Source of the DNA: Spirochaetota bacterium
GTDB lineage: Bacteria > Spirochaetota > UBA4802 > UBA5550
Direction: 5' to 3'
DNA: 64,000 nucleotides
Assembly (NCBI GenBank): GCA_050298055.1
Contig: JBNKTL010000002.1
Coordinates: forward strand, 64,001 to 128,000
Below, in pieces: positions 9,351 to 19,420 of the stretch. The notes under the pieces were generated by a model. The model saw only the letters and a program-made list of their open reading frames with translations, made no database searches and was not told where the DNA came from. Positions within the stretch are counted from its first letter, which is position 1. Each line of letters opens with the position of its first letter. Position numbers and translations under genes: made by a program.

Positions 9351-12300
9351 TCACATCCTCCCTTACGATTGGAACAGCAAAACTGAAGGTACTTCCCCTG
9401 CCAGGCTGACTTTCAACCCATATTTCACCACCCATCATCTCAATGATACGCCTGCATATTGAGAGACCCAGTCCTGTACCCTCATACACCCTGTTCGTCC
9501 CGGCATCAAGCTGGTGAAAGGGCAGGAAGAGTTCCGGAATACTCTCTTCACTAATTCCAATACCGGTGTCCTTCACCACTATCTCAAGCCTGCTTCCGTT
9601 TTTTCTGCCTGATAAAGTTATTTCTCCCCGGCCGGTAAATTTTACCGCGTTATTCAGGAGATTAATCAATACCTGGCTTAAGCGGCGCCTGTCCCCGTTT
9701 ATTATTCCAATATCCCCGTCAACATAGGCGTTTATTTCAAGCCCCTTTTTTTCTGCCTGGGGTTTCAGTATCTCGATGACCTCATTTATTAATTTCTGCA
9801 CATCAAATGTCTCATTTATCAGTTTAAACTCTCCCGCCTCAATTTTTGAGATGTCAAGTACATCATTAATGAGATTGAGAAGATGCTGCGAACTTCCTTT
9901 TACGATCTTAAGCTGTTTCTTCTGTTCGAAGTTCAGGGGGCCTGCCATCTCCATAAGAAGAATACTGTTAAATCCCATAATGGAATTGAGGGGTGTTCTT
10001 AATTCATGGCTCATGGTTGCCAGAAAGGCACTTTTGGCACGGTTTGCGGTTTCCGCAGCATCCCTGGCTTTTACAAGCTCTTTATCAGCCTTGACCCGCT
10101 GTTCAATTTCCCGGGAAAGCCTCCGGTTCCAGTATATAACCAGAGAAAGGACAATAATTGAAGGAATAAGTATTTTCCAGAAAAGGGAATAATCAAAGCC
10201 ATGCTCATATTTAACCGATATCCACTTTTTATAAATCTCATTCTGCCGTGTCTCAGGTATTGCATCCAGGGCCTTCTGTAAAATACCGGCAAAAAGGGGC
10301 CAGTCTGACCGGACACCCATTGACAGCTTATATGTGTAGGGTGTCTCCCCGGAAACTTTAATTGTACCGAACTGAAGTTTTCCGAGATAGTAGCTCCCTA
10401 CAAGGATGCTCCCGATACAGGCATGAACTTCCCCTTTCTCAAGCTTTTCAAAAGCCTCCTCTATGGTCCCGGTTAAAACAAGTTTAATTTTCGGGAAATC
10501 ATCTGTAATCCACTCTTCAACTGCGTACTTTTTCACAACGGCAACCTTTCTGCCTTCCAGTTCATTCATACTTCCAATATAATTTATATCATTACGGGTA
10601 AAGATCACAACCGGCATTGAAATGTATGGCTGGGTAAACCTCAGAGAGTCTGAGCGTTGCGGTGTCTTCACTACGGACGTGACCAGATCTATCTCTTTTT
10701 TTCTTGCCCTGTTCATAATTTCCTGCCAGTTAAGGTCCCTGGCCGGTTCAAACCTGATGCCGAGCATCTTCTCCAGTATCTTCGTGTATTCAGCTGTGAT
10801 CCCTCCGGGATTGCCCTTCTTATCAATGAACTCAACAGGTGCCCACCCGGAATCACTGGCTGTTCTTATTGAGGGGTGGGTTTCCAGCCAGGACCATTCG
10901 CTGTCAGAAAGTGATACTCTTAATCTGCTGCCGTTTATTCCTGCAGGACCCGTAACTCCCGGAAGCCATTTTCTGAAAATTTCGATCTTCCTGTTTTCAG
11001 GGATTGAATCAAGGGCTTTTTCAAGAATCGATACCAGTTCAGGCCACTCTTTTCGGACCGCAAACCTGAGCCCCCTGGTCCTCATGTCGTAGTTACCGGC
11101 TACATTGAGATTGGTTATACCATATTTATTGCTGAGATAGACATTAACACCAAGGACTCCAACAAAGGCATCTGATTCACCGGTTGAGACTGACCTCAGC
11201 CCGTCAAGGGGAGTATCAACCATATATTTTTTTACACCGGGATGTTCACTTACAACACGGTCTGACAAGGGATCTCTCCTCACAAGGGCAACCCTGTTGC
11301 CATCCAGGTCTGCGGGGATACTGATTCTTCTTCCTCCGGTCCGCGTCATTATTACCAGGGGAGTGGGAATATAGATCCCGGTAAAGTCGAGGGACTTATT
11401 TCTTTCAGTTGTTTTATCAGCAGCGGCAAACAGATCAATTTTCCCCTTCCCTTTGTCATCCGGCATTTCGGACCGGCTCAAACCGGGCACTCTCTTCATT
11501 CTGATCCCGGTAATAATGCCCAGCTGCCTGACAAAATCCATTGCAATACCCTGGTATTCCCCATTACCGTTGATAAAGCTGTAAGGTGCAAAATTTTCAT
11601 TCACCCCGAGATTGATCTCACTGTGCCTTCTGAGCCAGATCCTCTCTCTCTGAGAAAGTTTTCTGTAGTAAAAATCCACATAAGAGGGCAGCTGGATATC
11701 CGCCATAAGCCAGCGTTTCCTTATTGATGCATGTTCCTGTTCCGTGAGAGAATCCAGGGCCCGGTTAATGAGCTTTACAAAGACAGGCCAGTCTTTTCTC
11801 ACTGCAAAGGCCAGGGGAAAGAGTTCGTCAGATGCATATCCTGCAACCTTAAGATTCGTAAGGGCCAGGTCCTGTATCAGCCTGGTTGATACGGCCATAT
11901 TACCGATGACGGCATCCATTTCTCCCCGTGAAAGCGCGATCATGGCTTCCCTGAAAGTCCCGAAAAGGACCGGTTTTATCTTTGTATTCTCTTTTATAAA
12001 TCCATGATGGGAACTGTTTATCTGGACTGCCACATTTTTTCTCCCCAGATCATCCAGGGACCTGGTAGCGGATTCTCTCCGGGTAATGATCACCCGGGGA
12101 AATGCGAGATAGGGTCTTGAATACTCAAAGAACTTTTTCCTCTCACCGGTAATTCCCACACAGGAGAGAGCATCTATCTTCCGTTTCTTTGCCCACTCAA
12201 TTGTCCTGCTCCAGTCAGGTGCGGTTACCGGGACCAGGGATATCCCCAGCCTGCTGCTTATGAGCCTCACATAATCAGCTGCTGCCCCCCTGTATATCCC

Positions 12301-13224
12301 ATCCTCCGAGCGAAACTCAAAGGGAGAAAACTCCGGGTCGATACCGATTTTCACAGCAGGGTGCTCCTCTATCCATTTCCTTTCCCTTTCCGACAGACGC
12401 ATCTTTTTCCGCTCTTTCTCATCACTGAGTCGTATCCCGTGACCGGGATGTCCCGAAAGGTAGATATCCATGATCCTGTAATAGATGGAGCTCTGGTCTT
12501 TTTTCATCTTCCGGATATGGGAATCAATCCTCCGGATATAGTATAAGTTTTTCCGGGAACCACCGGGGAGAGCAAACCGCAGGTGCCGGGGATTGAAAAT
12601 AACATTGGTCCCCTTGACCAGGTAGCGGCTCTCCATAACCGCACCGAACAGCCTGTTGACAATACCTGCATCTGCCGCTCCTCTCTGGAGAAGCTCAAAC
12701 ACCGATTTATAATCATCAACTTCCACGTAACTGCAGGGAATATCAAATTCACTCAGCAGGCTTCTGATTCCCTGATCTCCCACGGTGTGGATGCTCCCCT
12801 TCATCACCGCAATGGTTTTGTTCCTCAAATCAAAAAGCGAATCAACATCTATGCCCTTCCGTGTATAGACCTTTCCCCAGTTGATAAAGACATTCTCCCC
12901 GGTGAAGTCGAATTTCCTGTTCCGCTCTTCGGAAAATGCCACATCCACCATCAGGTCAAGCTCCCCGCCTTCAAGTTTTTCCAGGCACTCATTCCATGTA
13001 CAGGGTGTCCATAAAAGCACCCAGTTTTCGTTCCTGGCTATCTCTTCCAGAATGTCCGGAAATATTCCAACCACACGATTATTGTCATCAGTGTAGACCT
13101 TGGGAGGGTTCTCATACACGCCAACCCTGATCTTTTTATGCACATTCCCTGCGTAAACAGGGGAAACCCAGAATGATAATATCATGACCAGAAGGGGTAA
13201 ATGTTTAAGATTCTGTGTGGTCAA
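9337..13224 (-). CDS. Sensor histidine kinase with four tandem periplasmic solute-binding (BvgS-like VFT) domains
   Basis: Signal peptide, four SBP-family-3 repeats, one TM helix, HisKA (FLATMSHELRTPLN) and HATPase (NLLNNAVKFT, DTGIG, GTGLGL); no receiver domain. Confidence 0.92.
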   Translation of the reverse strand: MTTQNLKHLPLLVMILSFWVSPVYAGNVHKKIRVGVYENPPKVYTDDNNRVVGIFPDILEEIARNENWVLLWTPCTWNECLEKLEGGELDLMVDVAFSEERNRKFDFTGENVFINWGKVYTRKGIDVDSLFDLRNKTIAVMKGSIHTVGDQGIRSLLSEFDIPCSYVEVDDYKSVFELLQRGAADAGIVNRLFGAVMESRYLVKGTNVIFNPRHLRFALPGGSRKNLYYIRRIDSHIRKMKKDQSSIYYRIMDIYLSGHPGHGIRLSDEKERKKMRLSERERKWIEEHPAVKIGIDPEFSPFEFRSEDGIYRGAAADYVRLISSRLGISLVPVTAPDWSRTIEWAKKRKIDALSCVGITGERKKFFEYSRPYLAFPRVIITRRESATRSLDDLGRKNVAVQINSSHHGFIKENTKIKPVLFGTFREAMIALSRGEMDAVIGNMAVSTRLIQDLALTNLKVAGYASDELFPLAFAVRKDWPVFVKLINRALDSLTEQEHASIRKRWLMADIQLPSYVDFYYRKLSQRERIWLRRHSEINLGVNENFAPYSFINGNGEYQGIAMDFVRQLGIITGIRMKRVPGLSRSEMPDDKGKGKIDLFAAADKTTERNKSLDFTGIYIPTPLVIMTRTGGRRISIPADLDGNRVALVRRDPLSDRVVSEHPGVKKYMVDTPLDGLRSVSTGESDAFVGVLGVNVYLSNKYGITNLNVAGNYDMRTRGLRFAVRKEWPELVSILEKALDSIPENRKIEIFRKWLPGVTGPAGINGSRLRVSLSDSEWSWLETHPSIRTASDSGWAPVEFIDKKGNPGGITAEYTKILEKMLGIRFEPARDLNWQEIMNRARKKEIDLVTSVVKTPQRSDSLRFTQPYISMPVVIFTRNDINYIGSMNELEGRKVAVVKKYAVEEWITDDFPKIKLVLTGTIEEAFEKLEKGEVHACIGSILVGSYYLGKLQFGTIKVSGETPYTYKLSMGVRSDWPLFAGILQKALDAIPETRQNEIYKKWISVKYEHGFDYSLFWKILIPSIIVLSLVIYWNRRLSREIEQRVKADKELVKARDAAETANRAKSAFLATMSHELRTPLNSIMGFNSILLMEMAGPLNFEQKKQLKIVKGSSQHLLNLINDVLDISKIEAGEFKLINETFDVQKLINEVIEILKPQAEKKGLEINAYVDGDIGIINGDRRRLSQVLINLLNNAVKFTGRGEITLSGRKNGSRLEIVVKDTGIGISEESIPELFLPFHQLDAGTNRVYEGTGLGLSICRRIIEMMGGEIWVESQPGRGSTFSFAVPIVREDVNEKE

Positions 13225-13253
13225 TGTTTTATGCTCCCTCTTTCTCTAAAAAA

Positions 13254-13949
13254 TTAAAGACTCAGAGCAACTCTTACACCATACATGTCCCTGATATGCT
13301 CCCACTTATCATCCGATTTTGAGAGATCATACCTGTAATAAATGCCAAAGACTAATCCGTTGTATATATTTTCAAAAATCCCCGCGTGAAAACGGTGCAG
13401 GTTAACTTCCTCATAATAATGTTCATAGTAGAGTTCCCACCCTAAAAAGGGCCTGAAGGGGATTTGGGGGAGAGATATCTTCAGAAAGTTTTTAATCCGG
13501 AAATCATCCCATTCCGGTTTATAACGATACTCATAGCGGACCTGGTCAAATATAAGGATCATTTTCATTTGCAATCCTTTCTCAATATTTACCTGCGGTG
13601 CTTTCTCAAGAGACCAGCCGTTGTCATCATCCCGATAATATCCCTGCCTGTAGTAAACACTCAGGGCAAAACGCCGGGGAAATTTACATTTTACTCCAAC
13701 ACCTGTTTCATAGTAGTCATACCTTGAAATATCTTCCGTAAACTGTTCGAAGGAATAAAAATGAAAGGAAAAATAATCTGACAGCCTGCCGTTAAAATTC
13801 TGATGAATTCTCATTGCATTATCGGTTTTTGCGTTCAGGAAAATGGAAAAGAAGAAAAGAAAAAAGACAATAAAAACAGATTTATTAAGACAGGGGGATT
13901 TATTGCACAAGAGTGACTTTATGAAAAAACACATAACAAACTCACACAA
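13254..13949 (-). CDS. Putative outer-membrane beta-barrel protein (DUF2490-like); start uncertain
   Basis: Signal-peptide-like hydrophobic stretch, alternating aromatic beta strands, RYEYRY motif and a C-terminal beta strand. Confidence 0.6.
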   Translation of the reverse strand: MCEFVMCFFIKSLLCNKSPCLNKSVFIVFFLFFFSIFLNAKTDNAMRIHQNFNGRLSDYFSFHFYSFEQFTEDISRYDYYETGVGVKCKFPRRFALSVYYRQGYYRDDDNGWSLEKAPQVNIEKGLQMKMILIFDQVRYEYRYKPEWDDFRIKNFLKISLPQIPFRPFLGWELYYEHYYEEVNLHRFHAGIFENIYNGLVFGIYYRYDLSKSDDKWEHIRDMYGVRVALSL

Positions 13950-14194
13950 ACCACATAATATGCTATTGCAAGAAAACTAAATAATATACCCGTTTGAATA
14001 TTCAGTCAAGGAAATTACACTCTTTATGAGCATAAGCTTGTCCGGTTCCGAATTTCCCGTTGATAAAAGTTAAAAATTATATCTTATCCCCACATCCCCT
14101 CTTTATCCCCTTATCCCCCTTCTCTTTTCTTCTTTATCCGCTGAAAACTTTGCGTTGATTGTGTGTCTTTGCGGTTTAATATCATGCTTTCTTC

Positions 14195-14224
14195 TTGACA
14201 AACAGGAAAATGGAATTATATATA
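14195..14224 (+). promoter_or_regulatory. Putative sigma70 promoter for the WD40-caspase gene
   Basis: TTGACA at 14195-14200 followed 16-18 bp later by TATATA. Confidence 0.5.
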
Positions 14225-14247
14225 TTTTTAGCCATGAAACTTTACCG

Positions 14248-14387
14248 GGAACTACTCTGATATGCATAAGAATAACCATGTTCATAAAAAAAGAGAACTG
14301 ATATGTCCCCGCCGCCCAAGGCGGCAGGGACATATTGTTTATATTTTACTAAACAGGCTGATTATAGCCATATAGCTGAATAGATAC
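14248..14387 (+). mobile_element. MITE-like element, copy 2
   Basis: Ends GGAACTACTCTGATAT...ATAGCTGAATAGATAC; hairpin ATATGTCCCCGCCGCC-CAA-GGCGGCAGGGACATAT; flanks CTTTACCG/CTTTATAG (6/8). Confidence 0.85.
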
Positions 14388-14416
14388 CTTTATAGTTACT
14401 TTAAAAAGAAAATAAT

Positions 14417-17400
14417 ATGAAAACAGCACACAGGATTATCATATATATGATTCTGAGCTTTCTCCTGCTTATTGAGTGCGGAGGAGGTTTCGCAATAAAA
14501 GACGGAGGTGTGGATCTCGGTTCATATAATAAATACCGGAAAGAAAACGGTACCCTTGATTTCAGTAAAATCGAAGATTCCTCTCCCCTTGAAATTGTTC
14601 TGCAGCAGGCCCATACAAAACGAGTGGATGATATGGCGGTCTCCCCCGACGGTAAATTTGTTGTTACCGCGTCCTATGACAATACAATAAGAATCTGGGA
14701 CCTGAAAGGCACCCTTATCCGGAATATCAAACCTGATTTTCTCTATCCCCACGATATAAACCTGAAAATAACCCCTGACGGGAGCAGGATCATTGCGCGT
14801 CTCTTTAAAAGCTGGTTCAATAACAAAAAGAAGAAGAGCGAAAAAGAGGGCGTTATCTACGAATACAGCATGGGAGGCAAACTGATAAAGAAACTTGATC
14901 CCGTTGAAGAAAGAATCGGAAATTATAATATCAGCCCCGACGGAAAATATATTGTAAGCTATAACTGGAACACGAAAGACAGGAAGGACAATACCTGGTA
15001 TAACTATATTCACCTCAGGGACAGGAACTGGAAGATCATAAAGTCATTTAAAATGGGAAGCAGCTGGCCCCTCTATTTTGTTGATTTTACTCCTGACAGC
15101 AAGCATCTCATAGCATGCAGAACATATAAGAACCGTGACGGCTGGATGTCCTACGCCGGCATATGGGACTTTCAGGGAAGGCTTATAAAAGACCTGGAAC
15201 TGAAAAAACCCCTGGGGATCGGTGAATCGGAAGAGGACCGGGATTTTATCAAGAGTTCGGCACTGGTAAACTTCGATAAAACCGGCAGGATGCTTGCGAT
15301 TATCGGAATAAACGGCAGGATAAACATCAGGAGCATGGACGGGAAGCTCATAAGGAAGATGGAGACCCGGCTGGAAATGCCCCACTGGCAGAGAACCAAT
15401 CTCCTCAGTATCGGCTTTTCCCCCGATGGAAAGGATATCTGGATCGGTAGTAAAGGAAACATAGAAGTCCTGGACAGCCGCGGCATGAGGAAACAGAAAA
15501 TACGTTTGGGGGATGTCTGGCCAATCAGGTTTACCCCCGACAAAAAGCACATCATCGGCGCCACACCGGACGGTGACCTGAAAATATGGGACAGCAGGGG
15601 CATCCTGGAACAGGAAGTCTCAAACCCCAACCTGGAAATATCCGAGTTAACCGTATCACCGGACAGCAGGAGAATTATATGTGAATTTGAAAGGTCGAGA
15701 CAGACCAGCTACAAACGCTCCCTGATCTGGGATGTTGCGGAAAACAGCTTTAACTATATCGAAGGGGAAGCCGGCTTTGTTAAGGGCGACAGGGAATACA
15801 GAATAATCAACGGCAGGCTTGCCGCGGTGGACAGAAGGTTCATGCTCACTCAAAAAACAAAAGACCTGGACTACAACAGGTACTTCTTCATTCCTGACGG
15901 AAAGATCGCAAAAATTAAGGGAAGCATGCATCTTTACTACACCATCATGATCTATAATCCCGACGGTTCCCCTTACCAGACAATACATATCGGGCTTAAG
16001 TCTTCTGCGCAGAGGTTCAGGTTCAGTCCCGACGGAGAGTATTTTGCTCTTTATAAGGGTTCCGTCTACAGAAAATCCCTTGAGCTTTACAGCAGACCCA
16101 AGGGAAAAATCATAAAACAATTCACGTTTGACCATGAAAAAACCATCTATGGACTGGCAATTGGCCCCGAAAGTGAATATATTGCCGCCGGGTATGGCGG
16201 CGGGGATATTGATATCTGGGAGCGAAGCGGGGGAAAGCTCACCACACTCCGTGGCCACAATATGAGAGTGCTGGGTCTTGCATTTACATCTGACAGAAAA
16301 TTTCTCGTGTCCTCCTCCCAGGACAAAACAATCCGCGTGTGGAATATTAAAACCGGGGAATCTGTTACCATAATGGCATTTGATGCTGACAGATGGGTTG
16401 CCTACGACCGGGACGGCCGATTTGACTGTTCAACACGGGGACGGGACTATGTTAAATTCGTTAAAGGATTTTCAGTATTCAGTTTTCAACAGTTCTGGAA
16501 TGATTTCTATACCCCCGGGCTCATCGCACGATTCATGGGAGGCAGGAAGTTCCGGAAACTCAATATAATGAGAAAGGTCAATAACGCACCCCGTGTCACA
16601 GTTGAAACAGTGAAGAAAACCATCAGGGAATCGGAAGCCAAAACCGCAACAATCAAGGTATGCGCAGAGGCCCGGGATAACGGGATTGGCGAGATATTCC
16701 TCTTCCATAACGGGAGAGCTGTTGGTGAAAAGACACGGGGCCTTCAGGTTAAAGGGATTGGAGGATGTAAAAATTTTACCGTTCAGCTCTTACCCGGCGA
16801 AAACTCTTTTTCCGGCGCGGCATACGACAAAGAAAACCTCGTCTATGGCAGGAGCGGCGAAAAAAATATCCGCTTCATACCCCGCGAGATCAAAAAACCG
16901 AATATGTATATACTGGCAGCGGGAGTCAGCAGGTACAGGGACAGAAACCTGAATCTCGGTTCCCCGGCTGATGATGCAAACGCGGTATCCCGTACGTTCA
17001 GTTCAACCGCGTCCACCCTTTACGGGGAAGTAAAAGGGATAACTCTTGTCAACAGCAGAGCAACCGCCCGTAATATTAAAGCCGCAATGAATAAAATTGC
17101 CGAATCTGCGGAGAAATCGGATACGATTATACTCTTCTTCGCAGGCCACGGTGACACTGAGAAGGGCACCTATTACTACCTCCCCTACGATGCCGATATC
17201 ACAAACCTTGACAAAACATCTCTCTCAATTAATATAATCAACTCAGCTGTACGCAGGTTCCCGGCAAATAAAATTGCCATATTTTTTGATACATGTAAAA
17301 GCGGCGCCGCGACCAGGAGCCTGAGCATCATTGCCCTGGAGAGAGGTTACGAAGACAGAAAGATCATTGCGAACCTGGCCAAGGAGAGGGGAATTGTGGT

Positions 17401-17656
17401 ATTTTCCGCTTCAAGTAAAACAGAGTCCGCCTATGAAATAAAGAGCCTGAAACATGGGATATTCACATACTGCCTTCTTGACGCCCTCAACAACAGACGA
17501 TCTGAGATATCAAACGGAAACCTGATCAGCATTGGTAAACTCCTGAGTTTTGTAAACAGGGAAACACGGGAGATTGCTTTTAAACATCTGAAAATTGAAC
17601 AGACTCCCATCATCTACATATTCGGACATGATTTCAGTCTTGGAAGGATTGATTAA
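14417..17656 (+). CDS. WD40-repeat protein with C-terminal caspase-like (peptidase C14) domain; putative lipoprotein
   Basis: Many WD40 repeats (AHTKRV...SPDG...ASYDNTIRIWD; GHNMRV...SSSQDKTIRVWN); catalytic dyad motifs FFAGHG and FDTCKSG; HGIFT; signal sequence ending LLLIEC. Confidence 0.9.
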   Translation: MKTAHRIIIYMILSFLLLIECGGGFAIKDGGVDLGSYNKYRKENGTLDFSKIEDSSPLEIVLQQAHTKRVDDMAVSPDGKFVVTASYDNTIRIWDLKGTLIRNIKPDFLYPHDINLKITPDGSRIIARLFKSWFNNKKKKSEKEGVIYEYSMGGKLIKKLDPVEERIGNYNISPDGKYIVSYNWNTKDRKDNTWYNYIHLRDRNWKIIKSFKMGSSWPLYFVDFTPDSKHLIACRTYKNRDGWMSYAGIWDFQGRLIKDLELKKPLGIGESEEDRDFIKSSALVNFDKTGRMLAIIGINGRINIRSMDGKLIRKMETRLEMPHWQRTNLLSIGFSPDGKDIWIGSKGNIEVLDSRGMRKQKIRLGDVWPIRFTPDKKHIIGATPDGDLKIWDSRGILEQEVSNPNLEISELTVSPDSRRIICEFERSRQTSYKRSLIWDVAENSFNYIEGEAGFVKGDREYRIINGRLAAVDRRFMLTQKTKDLDYNRYFFIPDGKIAKIKGSMHLYYTIMIYNPDGSPYQTIHIGLKSSAQRFRFSPDGEYFALYKGSVYRKSLELYSRPKGKIIKQFTFDHEKTIYGLAIGPESEYIAAGYGGGDIDIWERSGGKLTTLRGHNMRVLGLAFTSDRKFLVSSSQDKTIRVWNIKTGESVTIMAFDADRWVAYDRDGRFDCSTRGRDYVKFVKGFSVFSFQQFWNDFYTPGLIARFMGGRKFRKLNIMRKVNNAPRVTVETVKKTIRESEAKTATIKVCAEARDNGIGEIFLFHNGRAVGEKTRGLQVKGIGGCKNFTVQLLPGENSFSGAAYDKENLVYGRSGEKNIRFIPREIKKPNMYILAAGVSRYRDRNLNLGSPADDANAVSRTFSSTASTLYGEVKGITLVNSRATARNIKAAMNKIAESAEKSDTIILFFAGHGDTEKGTYYYLPYDADITNLDKTSLSINIINSAVRRFPANKIAIFFDTCKSGAATRSLSIIALERGYEDRKIIANLAKERGIVVFSASSKTESAYEIKSLKHGIFTYCLLDALNNRRSEISNGNLISIGKLLSFVNRETREIAFKHLKIEQTPIIYIFGHDFSLGRID

Positions 17657-19305
17657 TCCGTAACCTCTTCTCCCCTGATATATTTAATTTTCTGAACGTA
17701 ATAGCTTACAATGAGCATCACTGTTCCTATACCGGTAAAGAGAAGAATCCTCCATATTGCATCAAGCTGTTTCATGTCATAAAAAAAGAGCTTCCCCACA
17801 ACCAGGAACATTGTAATCACAGAAAGTCTGCTGAGAAAGAGACTCCGGTACCTGAAACCAATAATATAGAGTATTACAACATAGAGGCTCCAGAGCAGGG
17901 TTACATATCCTCCGGTACCCGTTAACAGTAAGACACCCTCAAATATCCAGAGCATGAAAAGGAGATGGGTACTTGAAAAAAAGAGCCGGGCGTGGGTCCT
18001 GTTGGTAATGAACTTAACAGAGACCAGGAGCAGCAGAATGGAGAAAAAGTTTGCAAGAGTTTCAGACACTGCGGGAGAAATGTCAAAATATTCATATGTT
18101 ATAATCCTGACAAATATCCATACCCTTAAAATGACAAAAAGACAGTAAGAACCAAGGAGTATATCTCTCTCCCTGACGCGGTGTGTCAGGTAATGAAGTG
18201 CAAGTGCAACAAGGGAGAGCACAACAAGCAGAATGTTCCCTTCAAGATAAAAGAGCAGGGCCAGAACAAAAAGGAGCAGTGCCACCTTCCCCTGGGTCTT
18301 TATTATTTCGGGAATTTCCTTTTTTTTGTAATACACGACAAATATAAATCCGTGAAGAACTGCAAATATAAGTGAAATGGTGCCCCAGAGAGAGTCCGGA
18401 TAATTCCAGAGAAGCCGGGTAAGATAAAGGGAGATAAGCGGGGAAAAGACAAAAACAAGATGATGTCTGCCAGGCATGCTGAAATCATCCTTATTCCTGA
18501 TGGCCGGAACAAGAGGACCCAGCCAGAAAATGAAAAATGAAAGAGTTATACCGGACTGTAAGGCTATCCTGTTTGCAATGACAGGATCAAGTAAGACTCC
18601 CCTGATAAAGAGTATATAATAAATCAACCACCCCCCTGCCGCAGATGACCAGAGAAGAATGTACCATCGCCTGAAATTGAAGATGAGGATACTTCCCATG
18701 AGGATAAGCAGTGTATAGGTCACTACTGTTATAATATCCCCTATCCCCGTGTAGAGAAGAAAGGGTGTACCCAGCCCCCCTATTACAGCTGTTACCGAAA
18801 GTGCTTCCTCGCTGTAACGGATTGAAAGGAAAAACGAGTGAAGGGTTATCAAAACCATGAAAACAAAAGAGACCGCAAAAGGAAAGAGCTTCAACAGATA
18901 AAAGGATGCAAATACGGTTATGTAGAGAGTTGCAATTCCACCTCCGAACATCAGCTGGCTGAATCCCCGGTTTTTATCATAGGTCCTGTACCCGATAAAT
19001 GACAGAACAAAACCGAGGATGAAACCCATTGCGGATCTGACAACCGGTGTTATCCATCCCTGTTCAATTGAGTATTTGAAAAAATAAGCGACTCCAAAGA
19101 GGAGCAGGGATATTCCTATCCTGTTAAACCATCTATCTACACGGGAAAAACTTGAATCAGGTGATTTTACATCATCCAGCAGGATATTATCAAGCACCGT
19201 ATTTATCCTGCCCCGGGTATTCAGTTGACTGTTAAGACTCTCAACTTTTTCTTCAAGGTCATTAAGCCGCTCATTGAACTTTTTTAGCTGATCTTTATTC
19301 ATCAT
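17653..19305 (-). CDS. Polytopic membrane protein, DUF2339-like
   Basis: N-terminal coiled coil, WFNRIGI...GVAYFFKYSIEQGWITP, and C-terminal KLFFYDM...RILLFTGIG. Confidence 0.8.
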   Translation of the reverse strand: MMNKDQLKKFNERLNDLEEKVESLNSQLNTRGRINTVLDNILLDDVKSPDSSFSRVDRWFNRIGISLLLFGVAYFFKYSIEQGWITPVVRSAMGFILGFVLSFIGYRTYDKNRGFSQLMFGGGIATLYITVFASFYLLKLFPFAVSFVFMVLITLHSFFLSIRYSEEALSVTAVIGGLGTPFLLYTGIGDIITVVTYTLLILMGSILIFNFRRWYILLWSSAAGGWLIYYILFIRGVLLDPVIANRIALQSGITLSFFIFWLGPLVPAIRNKDDFSMPGRHHLVFVFSPLISLYLTRLLWNYPDSLWGTISLIFAVLHGFIFVVYYKKKEIPEIIKTQGKVALLLFVLALLFYLEGNILLVVLSLVALALHYLTHRVRERDILLGSYCLFVILRVWIFVRIITYEYFDISPAVSETLANFFSILLLLVSVKFITNRTHARLFFSSTHLLFMLWIFEGVLLLTGTGGYVTLLWSLYVVILYIIGFRYRSLFLSRLSVITMFLVVGKLFFYDMKQLDAIWRILLFTGIGTVMLIVSYYVQKIKYIRGEEVTD

Positions 19306-19366
19306 ATCCCCACAAATAACTCATTGCGAATAATTTCAACAATAGTAATAAATTACAAGAAATTTC

Positions 19367-19395
19367 TTGACACTATATACCGCTTGGTATATTTT
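19367..19395 (+). promoter_or_regulatory. Sigma70 promoter overlapped by palindromic operator ATATACC-GCTT-GGTATAT (19375-19392)
   Basis: TTGACA at 19367, TATTTT 17 bp later, and a perfect 7-bp-arm palindrome between them, directly upstream of a TetR gene. Confidence 0.7.
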
Positions 19396-19420
19396 ATTAA
19401 TATACCATCGTGAAACGAGA

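Noticed and set aside
14103..14333. 76-aa ORF in the intergenic region
   Set aside because: It is assembled from MITE and low-complexity repeat sequence, with no RBS or motif.
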